Source: Candidatus Binatia bacterium
GTDB lineage: Bacteria; Desulfobacterota; Binatia; HRBIN30
DNA length: 14,220 nucleotides
Direction: 5' to 3'
Assembly: GCA_038245295.1 (NCBI GenBank)
Contig: JBBRSP010000057.1
Span: 1-14,220, forward strand
Within the stretch, counting starts at the first letter, position 1. Each line of letters starts with the position of its first letter. Both the position numbers and the translations under genes were made by a program. Positions 1 through 7,225 of this stretch are shown here, one piece after another. The notes under the pieces were generated by a model, which searched no databases, was not told the origin of the DNA, and worked only from the letters and a program-made list of their open reading frames with translations.

Positions 1-66
1 CCGGGCTCCTCGAAAGACCTCTGTTCGGCGATCGCCCAGGCCGGCGCCAAGAAGTTGCTGATCGTC
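1..66 (+). repeat. Left copy of an exact 66-bp terminal direct repeat (other copy 14155-14220)
   Basis: ccgggctcctcgaaagacctctgttcggcgatcgcccaggccggcgccaagaagttgctgatcgtc occurs identically at both ends of the window. Confidence 0.98.
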
Positions 67-141
67 ACCGATGCGATGTTGGTCAAGCTTGGACTGATCG
101 CCGAGATCACCGCGGCTTTGGATCAGAATGGTGTCGGCTGG

Positions 142-163
142 GGAGGGGCGGGCATTGCCCGTC
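142..163 (+). repeat. REP-like hairpin GGAG-G-GGCGGGC-ATT-GCCCGTC at the point where adh similarity stops
   Basis: Perfect inverted repeat CGGGCA-T-TGCCCG at 149-161, extendable by G.T and G-C pairs, preceded by GGAG at 142-145. Confidence 0.45.
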
Positions 164-210
164 GCCGATCCCACGCGGAGTTGCGGTGGATGGGAGCGCT
201 GAATCACTGA

Positions 211-2226
211 TCACCAGCCGGTGAACGCTTGATGATCGACATGGGCGCGTGCGCCAAGAGTGATGCCTTTGGCCGCGATGAGGGCGCCATGCACCGTGCT
301 ATCGCGGCCGATCGTAATCTTGTCGTCGCCTAGAATAGTGCCATACATCGTAGCATTGAAGCTCATCGTGGCTGCCTTTTCCGTGATCACGAGCAAATCG
401 CTGGCACCGAAGCTGTCACCCGCGAGAGCGACGGTGGCGTCGCGGCCCAACTTGAACTTGCCCTTGACGTGCAAGATGACCTTCGCGCTCCCGGTTAGCC
501 GGGTCACGGTCAAAGTGGCGTGGTTCCCCACTTTCAAATCGCCTGGGATCTCAACCACGACCAATCCAGGGGTTTGGCCATTGACAGGCACGTCGATAAT
601 CGTGCTGCCATCCTTGGGAACGACCAACGGCGGGCACGCTGTCGAGGGACAGGTGATATCGACCGGGTAGGTACCGTAGTCGTCACGCCCGGCTGTTGCG
701 CGGCAGCTTGCAGCGTTGCATGCGTCGATGAACGGCGTGGATGCAATCCTGGTATCGCACGATAGGAGGCCGTCGAGCCCTCCACACATCGGTGCCTTTT
801 GGCAACGATCTGCACGAACGACAGTTCCCCCACCGGTCACCACCGTGCCATCGACCCGCACCGGATAGACGGTTCCCTGCACCGACGCGTCCGATCCAAC
901 GATCACGGCCTTGCCGCTCGCGGCAAGAGCCACGGCGTCGCCGCAAATCTCCGACCCGCCTCGCAGCTGAATGATGTCAGCGCATACCGCGCCATTCGTC
1001 TGTGACTGCTTCTTGAAGACTGCCTTGATACCTGGCACCGCGACCGGAGTCACCGGGCGACGCAAGATCGAGTACTGTCCGACCAGCGTTCGGCCCGCGC
1101 AATCGTCGCAACTAGCGCTCCTTGGCGTACAGGGCGGAAGCGTCAGGGTGGGCGTCGGCGTGACCGTGGGGGTTGATGTAGTTGTAGGAGTGGCAGAATC
1201 TGTGGCCGTCGGCGTAACTGTTACCGTGGTGGTAAGGCTCGCGGTCGGGCTCGATGTCGAAGTCGGAGTCTCTGTGGGTGTGCTCGCGGAGCTCGAGGTT
1301 GGGGTCGCCGTAGGACTCGAGGTTGGGGGGCCCGTGGGGGTCCGAGTCCGGGTTGGCGGCGGCGGCGGTGGCTGGCTCGGCGCTTGCGCGTCTGAGGTGA
1401 TGACGCCACCCTTCGTCAGGTAATCCGGGTGCAGAATATCGAGCCCACAGCCAGGATTGTTCATTTGGTCGGTATCGACACCAAACCCGCCGGCGCCCAC
1501 GCTGAATCCCGAGGACTGCAGCATTCCAAAGTAGATAAACACAACCACTTGCCCCGGTTGGAGCGTGAAGCCGTCATCCGGTCTCGGATCGCAAATATGG
1601 GAATCGGACGTCAACGACTGAACACAGTTGGGAGGGCTACCACCGTCGTTGAGAAGGCCGAACCCGAAGGCCGTTTTAGGGCTCAACGGGCCAAAGCAGC
1701 TTGTGTAGGTCGCTGCACTGATGCAGGCGGCGGGAATCCCGCCGACGGACGAGGAGAGAGCAACGACGGGCGCATCGGGGGCTCCACCTGCACAATTTGC
1801 AGGGTCAAGACAAATATCAATCGGGCTTGCGGTACCGATAGTCAGTCGGCCGCTGTCCGAGTTCGAAAAACTCACGGTGAAGTTACTGGGTGTCAAAATT
1901 CCTGTGCGACGCACTTGGTTGTAGGAGTGCAAGACTTGCGGAATGTTTGGGTCGGGACCGGCTAGCGCCGACGTCGTGTCACCGCTTTGGGCACCTGTAG
2001 TGTCACACGCCTGCACACCATTTACCGACCCTGATACTGAAGTGACCCGGAACTCATCCGCGCCCGCCGTCAGCGGCAATACACCATTCACGGCCACGAC
2101 TTGGTAGACCGTGCCATCGGCAGCTCGCTGGGTCAGGCTCAGATTGAGCTGCGCTCCGGCGGTCCCAATCCAGACGCCAACTGTCAACACAGCGATTGCA
2201 GCGTTGTTCAGAAGTTTTGAAATCAC
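211..2226 (-). CDS. Secreted protein (gene 1): signal peptide, unrecognised Cys-rich head domain, Pro/Thr-rich linker, DUF3494-like C-terminal beta-solenoid
   Basis: 671-aa ORF with GTG start and GGAGGAG RBS (2233-2239, minus strand). Hydrophobic signal ending AGA|Q; PPPPPP then a TPT-rich linker; C-terminal rungs such as ATMYGTILGDDKITIGRDSTVHGALIAAKGITLG; ends QAFTGW. Confidence 0.9.
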   Translation of the reverse strand: MISKLLNNAAIAVLTVGVWIGTAGAQLNLSLTQRAADGTVYQVVAVNGVLPLTAGADEFRVTSVSGSVNGVQACDTTGAQSGDTTSALAGPDPNIPQVLHSYNQVRRTGILTPSNFTVSFSNSDSGRLTIGTASPIDICLDPANCAGGAPDAPVVALSSSVGGIPAACISAATYTSCFGPLSPKTAFGFGLLNDGGSPPNCVQSLTSDSHICDPRPDDGFTLQPGQVVVFIYFGMLQSSGFSVGAGGFGVDTDQMNNPGCGLDILHPDYLTKGGVITSDAQAPSQPPPPPPTRTRTPTGPPTSSPTATPTSSSASTPTETPTSTSSPTASLTTTVTVTPTATDSATPTTTSTPTVTPTPTLTLPPCTPRSASCDDCAGRTLVGQYSILRRPVTPVAVPGIKAVFKKQSQTNGAVCADIIQLRGGSEICGDAVALAASGKAVIVGSDASVQGTVYPVRVDGTVVTGGGTVVRADRCQKAPMCGGLDGLLSCDTRIASTPFIDACNAASCRATAGRDDYGTYPVDITCPSTACPPLVVPKDGSTIIDVPVNGQTPGLVVVEIPGDLKVGNHATLTVTRLTGSAKVILHVKGKFKLGRDATVALAGDSFGASDLLVITEKAATMSFNATMYGTILGDDKITIGRDSTVHGALIAAKGITLGARAHVDHQAFTGW
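1135..1375 (-). repeat. Pro/Thr/Ser low-complexity linker in gene 1
   Basis: QPPPPPPTRTRTPTGPPTSSPTATPTSSSASTPTETPTSTSSPT...TPTPTLT. Confidence 0.9.
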
Positions 2227-2265
2227 GGTTCACTCCTCCGGATTCGACAGAATGCGCACCCGCTC

Positions 2266-5200
2266 CTACCATCCATTGAAACTATGTTGCCGAACGATCG
2301 CACTTGCTCGCAAGGTAATGTCCTTAGCCGCCAGCAACGCCCCCTCCGTGATACTGTCTCGACCCGCCGTCATCGTCTTTGCAACGACCAAGGTGCCGCT
2401 AAAGTGCGCGTCTGCTCCAAGACGGCCGGCGCCGTTGGCGGTGATCACGACCTGCTCCGGGGTGAGCCCGCCGGTCAGTTGCAGCGACGCCTGCTTCGCC
2501 AAGCGAACATCACCCGCGACGCGCACGATCACACGCTGCGTTGTCGGCCCACCCACCAGCTGCAGCGTCGCGTTACGCCCGATTCGCAGCTCTTGCACAT
2601 CGATCACCACGACACCGGCACCCAACGTGCCTGTGCTCGGCAGCGATTTCGTTTCGCTGCGCTTCAGCGCCACGGTTCCCGCGTTGAGGTTCTGCGGTAG
2701 TAACGCCCACTCCGCTTGCCGCGAGGCTGCTCGGCAGGCACTGCTTGAACAGCGTTCCAGGTAGGGCAACGATGCCGGGGGATCAATAATCAACGGGCAA
2801 ACAGGTGGATTTGGCGCACCGCCGGAGCATGGTTGCTGGAAGCATCGGTCGGCGTGACTGACGGTGCCGCCGCCGGTCACGACGGTTCCGCTGACGGTGG
2901 TATAAAGCACATTGCCGCTGATCGTTGACGACAGGCCAACGGTGAGCGCGGTGCCACTGCCCTTCGATGCGATCGCATCACCGCCAACACAGGCTGAGCG
3001 CCCCAGACGAATCACGTCGGCGCAGACGTTACCCTGCGCCTCAGCGTCCCGGCCGAGCCGCAACTCCACCTCAGTCGGAGGCACCGGCGGCCAGCGCAGC
3101 ACGGCGAAGTCGACTGCCACAGCCTCGCCGACACACTGACCGGCACCGTCACAAACCTCATGCAAGGTGCACGCATCGCCATCATCGCAATGCGTCCCGG
3201 CGGCATCGAAGCAGCTGTCGGTGGCCTCGGCGCACGTTGCGTTGCATTGCGTCGAACAGGGGCTGCCTGAGTGCACGGAGCACGCTCCACCGCCGCAGGT
3301 ATCCGTGCCATTGCAGAACAGCCCATCGTCACAGAGCGCCGCATTGTTGGGGTGTGTGCACACCCCGGTGGCGTTGCAGACATCGTTGGTGCACCCGTTG
3401 TTGTCCGCCGCGCAAGCGCCACCGCTTGCCTCGAACTGGCCGGCTGCCGAGCAGCAGTCACCATTGACAACGTTCCCGTCGTCGCACTGCTCCGGCGGGC
3501 AAAGAACGCCGTTGCCGGGACCACTCAGCGTGCAGTTGCTGTCGCAACCGTCGCAGTCGACGTGATTCCCGTCATCGCAGGATTCACCAGCTTGAACGAT
3601 GTGATCACCACACGCCGGTAGAGGCGTAGAGGTAGATGTGGGGGTCGGCGTCATTGTGGACGTTGACGTCGGCGTCGATGTAGCCGTCGCTGTCCGTGTC
3701 GCTGTCAGGGTCGACGTTGAGGTGCTCGTAGCGGTCGATGTTGGCGTGTTAGTTGGCGTCAACGTCGATGTCGACGTATCGGTCGGGCTTGACGTTGGCG
3801 TCGCACTCGGAGTGGCGGTTGCGGTGTCCGTTGGTGTCTCAGTTGGTGTGCTCGTCCCGGTTTCTGTTGCGGTGCTCGTGGGAGTATACGTGCTGCAACC
3901 GCCCGCGCCGTCGCAGACCCCACCCGGGCATGCACTGCCTGTCGACTCTAGTTGGCAGCTCAAGGAGCAGCAGTCGCCGTCTAGTATGTTCCCATCATCA
4001 CATTGTTCGTCGGGACCAACCAAGCCATTGCCGCAGATGCTTGGATTGAGACGCAGGATCCAGACCGCGCCGCGATCCTGTCCGCCATCGTTGTCTTCAT
4101 CCGCACCGACGGCCAGCTCGGGTACCAGATCGCCGTCCATATCAGGCATCAGCGCAAGGCTGCTGCCGAATCGGTCGCCGGTGATCAGCGGGCCGACGAA
4201 GCCGTTGGAACCAGGAAAGATCTTCTCGATCGCCTTTACCACAACACCGTCGCCCTCGTTGTGCTTCAGGTGAATGATCCAAGTCTGTCCACGAGAGGTA
4301 TCCTGTTGTGGGACACCCACGGCGATATCGACAACACCGTCGTGATCGAGGTCACCGACTGGTGCCACAGCCGTGCCGAGCTCCGCATCCGTGTCGAAGG
4401 CGTTGGTTGGTAGACCGTGTCCTTTGCTGATCTTGTTGATTGCTTTCACTGTCCCGTCGACGTTAAGACTCAGCAGCCAAACGGCACCTTGCGCCGTGCC
4501 GAAATAGACGGGGTCGGGGTCCCCCGGAGAGCCCACGGCCAAGTCTTGGATGCCATCACCGTCGAAATCGCCAAGTGCCGACACCACGGGAATGCCCAAG
4601 GGCCAGGCGCCACTGAGATTCACCGTGGAGCTATCGAAGCGCGTGTAGTCTTGCACCGTACCGTCGGCCTTGAGGAACAGGATCCACACCACACCAACGT
4701 TGCCGGGCCGGGTGGTGTCGATGGAGCCTACGGCCAAAGCTCGGGACGTTGTTGCTCCGGCGCCGAGATTGCCCAACCACGCCAGGGACATCGCGAAACG
4801 CTGCTGATTGGAAAAGCTTGCCGCAAACCCACCGACGCCGTCCTTGATCTTCTGCTGCGATTGCACCGAGCCATCCGCATTAAGGAAGAGGATCCAAATC
4901 GCCGACTCATTCGGGGTCATTACCTGCCCGAATCCGTAAGGGCTGTAATGCAACGCCCCGACCGCCAGCGCGCGCGGCGTCGGGGCTCCGGATCCTAAGT
5001 CGCCAAGCCAGGCGACCGACGCCCCGAATTGATCGTCCTCATTCAAGGTGCCGGAGAAGCCACCCTGCGTATTGCTGATCTTTCGGTGTGTCTTCACGGT
5101 GCCATCGGCATTCAAGAAAAGAATACGGATGGCGCCGGAGTTGGGAGCGCCGTCGCCGGTGCGTGGTAGCCCAACCGCTGCATCGGGTACTCCGTCGCCG

Positions 5201-6759
5201 TCAAGGTCTCCGATCGAAGTAATCGCGGTCCCTAGCTGGTCACTGTTCTTCAGCGTCCCGGTAAGGCCGAGCCCACCTTGCGTATCGCTGACTTTCTGAT
5301 GTTTCGAATTTGGTGACCCGGCCGGAGCGCACTGCGAAGTACCCGTCCCGGCTTTAGCGGTGCCGTCCGCATTCAAGAAAACAGTCCACACCGCCCCGCG
5401 GTCAGTGGCCGATGCCCCTGGCGGGACGACACCATCCTGATCGCCGTAGGCGCCCACCATGAGATCCCGGACGGAGTCGCCATCGAGATCAGCATTGGCA
5501 AGAGCACTGCCGAAGGCGTCGTTGTCATTTAGCGTTCCGGTAAAGCCGTCACTACACGGATAAATCTTCTTCGTCGCTTTGACGACTTGCGTCCCCTGAT
5601 CGCGCTGCAAGTAGAGGATCCAAACAACGCCGTGGGGATGCTGGTAGCCAAGGTCAGGATCAGGGTTCGCGCTGACCTCATCTTCGTACGGCGCGCCGAC
5701 TGCGAGATCCGGAACTCCATTGCCATCGATATCTCCCAGAGAGATAACCCCGGCTCCGAACTGGGCGCGGTATCCGCGAAATGAGCCCAGCGGAATCCCG
5801 CCCTGTACCTCGCTAATCTTGTAGGATGACTTCAGTGTCCCGTTGGCATGCAGCGACAAGAGGAACACTGCACCTTTGCAGCAGTGGGCTTGATCGCCAT
5901 CGCTATCGGTTGGAGTGCCCACAGCGAGGTCGGGGACCCCATCGCCATCGAAATCACCCATCGCACTCAGCAAACCTTGCTGCCGACTTGGGTCACTAAA
6001 CCGTGTGTAGGCCTCGACGATACCGCTTGGATTTGTAGGGTTCAAAAAAAAGATCCACACAATGCCGGTCTTCGTCGACACCGTGTCATCTTCCATCCCC
6101 GACACGGCGAGCGCCGGGCCCCGGCCACCGACGCCATCAAGATCGCCAAGCGCAGCAAGCGAGAAACCGAACTGCATGTGGTTATTGAGTGCGTCCGCAA
6201 ACCCGCCCTCACCGTCTTTGATGCGAATCTGGGTGTTGACGGAGCCATTCGCATTGAGGAACAGAATCCAGACAGCACACGCGTTCGTTGCGGGGCCGGG
6301 ATCAGTTGGATAGTGGCGTTGGCCAACCGCTAGCGCTCGCGGCGTCGGAGCCCCAGCACCAAGGTCACCCAACCAAGCAACGGAGTAACCGAAGCCATCA
6401 TGTGCGTTTAGTATACCCCCAAACCCCCCTTGAGTGGCGCTGATCTTGACGTGCGATTTTACGGTGCCATCGCCGTTGAAAAAGATCAGACGAACTGCAC
6501 CGGCGCGCACGGCGCCGTCGTCGTCCTGCGGTAATCCAGCAGCAATATCCGGAATTCCATCCCCGTCGAAGTCTCCGATCGACGTAATCGCGCCACCGAA
6601 CTCGTCAAAGTCTTTAAGAATGCCGTCCAGGTTTCCCTGCGTATCGCTGATTTTTTGCTCAGCCTTGACCCGGACGATCGGCAGTGCGTCGACTCTTAGA
6701 AAATCAACGCATATAAATGAAAGAACCAAGACGCCAATAGTTTGCTTCCAAATCATCAC
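2266..6759 (-). CDS. Large secreted FG-GAP (integrin alpha-like) repeat protein (gene 2): two tandem propeller units, DUF4215 Cys-rich repeats, Thr-rich stalk, further Cys-rich repeats, DUF3494-like C-terminal domain
   Basis: 1497-aa ORF, GTG/ATG start at 6759/6756 with a GGGGG purine tract upstream, signal peptide. 12 repeats of FG..(L/I)GD.DGDG.PDLAVG..GAVWIL; CGNG..E.CDDGN...GD.C repeats; CDDG..CT/CN repeats; ends QHSFNGW. Only 39 bp separate it from gene 1, so the two are probably co-transcribed. Confidence 0.93.
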   Translation of the reverse strand: MMIWKQTIGVLVLSFICVDFLRVDALPIVRVKAEQKISDTQGNLDGILKDFDEFGGAITSIGDFDGDGIPDIAAGLPQDDDGAVRAGAVRLIFFNGDGTVKSHVKISATQGGFGGILNAHDGFGYSVAWLGDLGAGAPTPRALAVGQRHYPTDPGPATNACAVWILFLNANGSVNTQIRIKDGEGGFADALNNHMQFGFSLAALGDLDGVGGRGPALAVSGMEDDTVSTKTGIVWIFFLNPTNPSGIVEAYTRFSDPSRQQGLLSAMGDFDGDGVPDLAVGTPTDSDGDQAHCCKGAVFLLSLHANGTLKSSYKISEVQGGIPLGSFRGYRAQFGAGVISLGDIDGNGVPDLAVGAPYEDEVSANPDPDLGYQHPHGVVWILYLQRDQGTQVVKATKKIYPCSDGFTGTLNDNDAFGSALANADLDGDSVRDLMVGAYGDQDGVVPPGASATDRGAVWTVFLNADGTAKAGTGTSQCAPAGSPNSKHQKVSDTQGGLGLTGTLKNSDQLGTAITSIGDLDGDGVPDAAVGLPRTGDGAPNSGAIRILFLNADGTVKTHRKISNTQGGFSGTLNEDDQFGASVAWLGDLGSGAPTPRALAVGALHYSPYGFGQVMTPNESAIWILFLNADGSVQSQQKIKDGVGGFAASFSNQQRFAMSLAWLGNLGAGATTSRALAVGSIDTTRPGNVGVVWILFLKADGTVQDYTRFDSSTVNLSGAWPLGIPVVSALGDFDGDGIQDLAVGSPGDPDPVYFGTAQGAVWLLSLNVDGTVKAINKISKGHGLPTNAFDTDAELGTAVAPVGDLDHDGVVDIAVGVPQQDTSRGQTWIIHLKHNEGDGVVVKAIEKIFPGSNGFVGPLITGDRFGSSLALMPDMDGDLVPELAVGADEDNDGGQDRGAVWILRLNPSICGNGLVGPDEQCDDGNILDGDCCSLSCQLESTGSACPGGVCDGAGGCSTYTPTSTATETGTSTPTETPTDTATATPSATPTSSPTDTSTSTLTPTNTPTSTATSTSTSTLTATRTATATSTPTSTSTMTPTPTSTSTPLPACGDHIVQAGESCDDGNHVDCDGCDSNCTLSGPGNGVLCPPEQCDDGNVVNGDCCSAAGQFEASGGACAADNNGCTNDVCNATGVCTHPNNAALCDDGLFCNGTDTCGGGACSVHSGSPCSTQCNATCAEATDSCFDAAGTHCDDGDACTLHEVCDGAGQCVGEAVAVDFAVLRWPPVPPTEVELRLGRDAEAQGNVCADVIRLGRSACVGGDAIASKGSGTALTVGLSSTISGNVLYTTVSGTVVTGGGTVSHADRCFQQPCSGGAPNPPVCPLIIDPPASLPYLERCSSSACRAASRQAEWALLPQNLNAGTVALKRSETKSLPSTGTLGAGVVVIDVQELRIGRNATLQLVGGPTTQRVIVRVAGDVRLAKQASLQLTGGLTPEQVVITANGAGRLGADAHFSGTLVVAKTMTAGRDSITEGALLAAKDITLRASAIVRQHSFNGW
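3622..3890 (-). repeat. Thr-rich alternating (T-x)n stalk in gene 2
   Basis: TYTPTSTATETGTSTPTETPTDTATATPSATPTSSPTDTSTSTLTPTNTPTSTATSTSTSTLTATRTATATSTPTSTSTMTPTPTSTSTP. Confidence 0.9.
4045..6670 (-). repeat. Internal tandem duplication of a six-repeat FG-GAP unit (~5365-6670 and ~4045-5305)
   Basis: Colinear matches: QKISDTQG..AITSIGDFDGDGIPDIAAGLP vs QKVSDTQG..AITSIGDLDGDGVPDAAVGLP; SVAWLGDLGAGAPTPRALAVG vs SVAWLGDLGSGAPTPRALAVG; IKDGEGGFA vs IKDGVGGFA; DRGAVW ends both units. Confidence 0.9.
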
Positions 6760-7001
6760 CGTGCCCCCGTTTTGCCGTGTCGCTCGAAGCTGAGCTGACG
6801 ACGGCGGCTATACTGCACAACCCGCGCTCCCGTCAATCGTCCACAAGATCCGTAAACATACTGCACATCGACGAGTTCAGCACTTTGGCAGTACCAACCC
6901 TGGGAGCGACGCCCTACTCCCGACCATCCAGAATGCGACGGCTCAAACATCACAGCGTGCGACTGGTCTGCCCGTTGCGCGAATAATTAGCGGGATCGAT
7001 A

Positions 7002-7019
7002 AAGACCAGATCGGGTCTT
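7002..7019. promoter_or_regulatory. Near-perfect 18-bp palindrome in the divergent intergenic region, candidate operator
   Basis: AAGACC-A-GATC-G-GGTCTT; 16 of 18 positions self-complementary; about midway between the starts of genes 2 and 3. Confidence 0.4.
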
Positions 7020-7185
7020 GCTTCGGCGTCGGCCACCATTGACTTGATAAACGGATTCGGACAATGACAGCAGCGATTGGGGGCCACTACATACTCTTGG
7101 CCAAGAAGCAACAGTGGGGTTCGGAGTCCGAACGTCCGCTGGTATCAGCTGTCCGCGCAATGCCGCGGCGTATCCATAACGGAGC

Positions 7186-7201
7186 TGGCACAAAGGTTGG
7201 G
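7186..7201 (+). promoter_or_regulatory. Possible sigma54 -24/-12 promoter for gene 3
   Basis: TGGCAC-AAAGG-TTGG versus consensus TGGCAC-N5-TTGC (one mismatch, at the conserved -12 C). It lies just upstream of the GAGGG RBS (7214-7218) and ATG 7226. Confidence 0.3.
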
Positions 7202-7225
7202 ATGGAGCAAAACGAGGGTCGATTG

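Larger units (their letters stand above)
1..210 (+). pseudogene. Truncated N-terminal fragment of an iron-containing alcohol dehydrogenase
   Basis: Frame 1 reads PGSSKDLCSAIAQAGAKKLLIVTDAMLVKLGLIAEITAALDQNGVGW, which fits the Fe-ADH N-terminal pattern G.GS...KxLIVTD..L.xxG. After W (139-141) it continues as unrelated-looking GGAGIARRRSHAELRWMGALNH and stops at TGA 208-210. Full-length family members are roughly 380-400 aa. Confidence 0.75.

Noticed and set aside
2269..3110. Shared tail as an autotransporter beta-barrel (similar size, terminal aromatic residue)
   Set aside because: It contains several cysteines and short Gly/aliphatic solenoid-like rungs, is poor in aromatics, lacks an alternating beta-signal such as YxF, and gene 3 ends in WCD.
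7064..7225. Longer N-terminal extensions from the ORF track (7064; also 11153 and 13936)
   Set aside because: Downstream ATGs (7226, 11078, 13738) have RBS-like sequences and place the signal peptides at or near the N-terminus.
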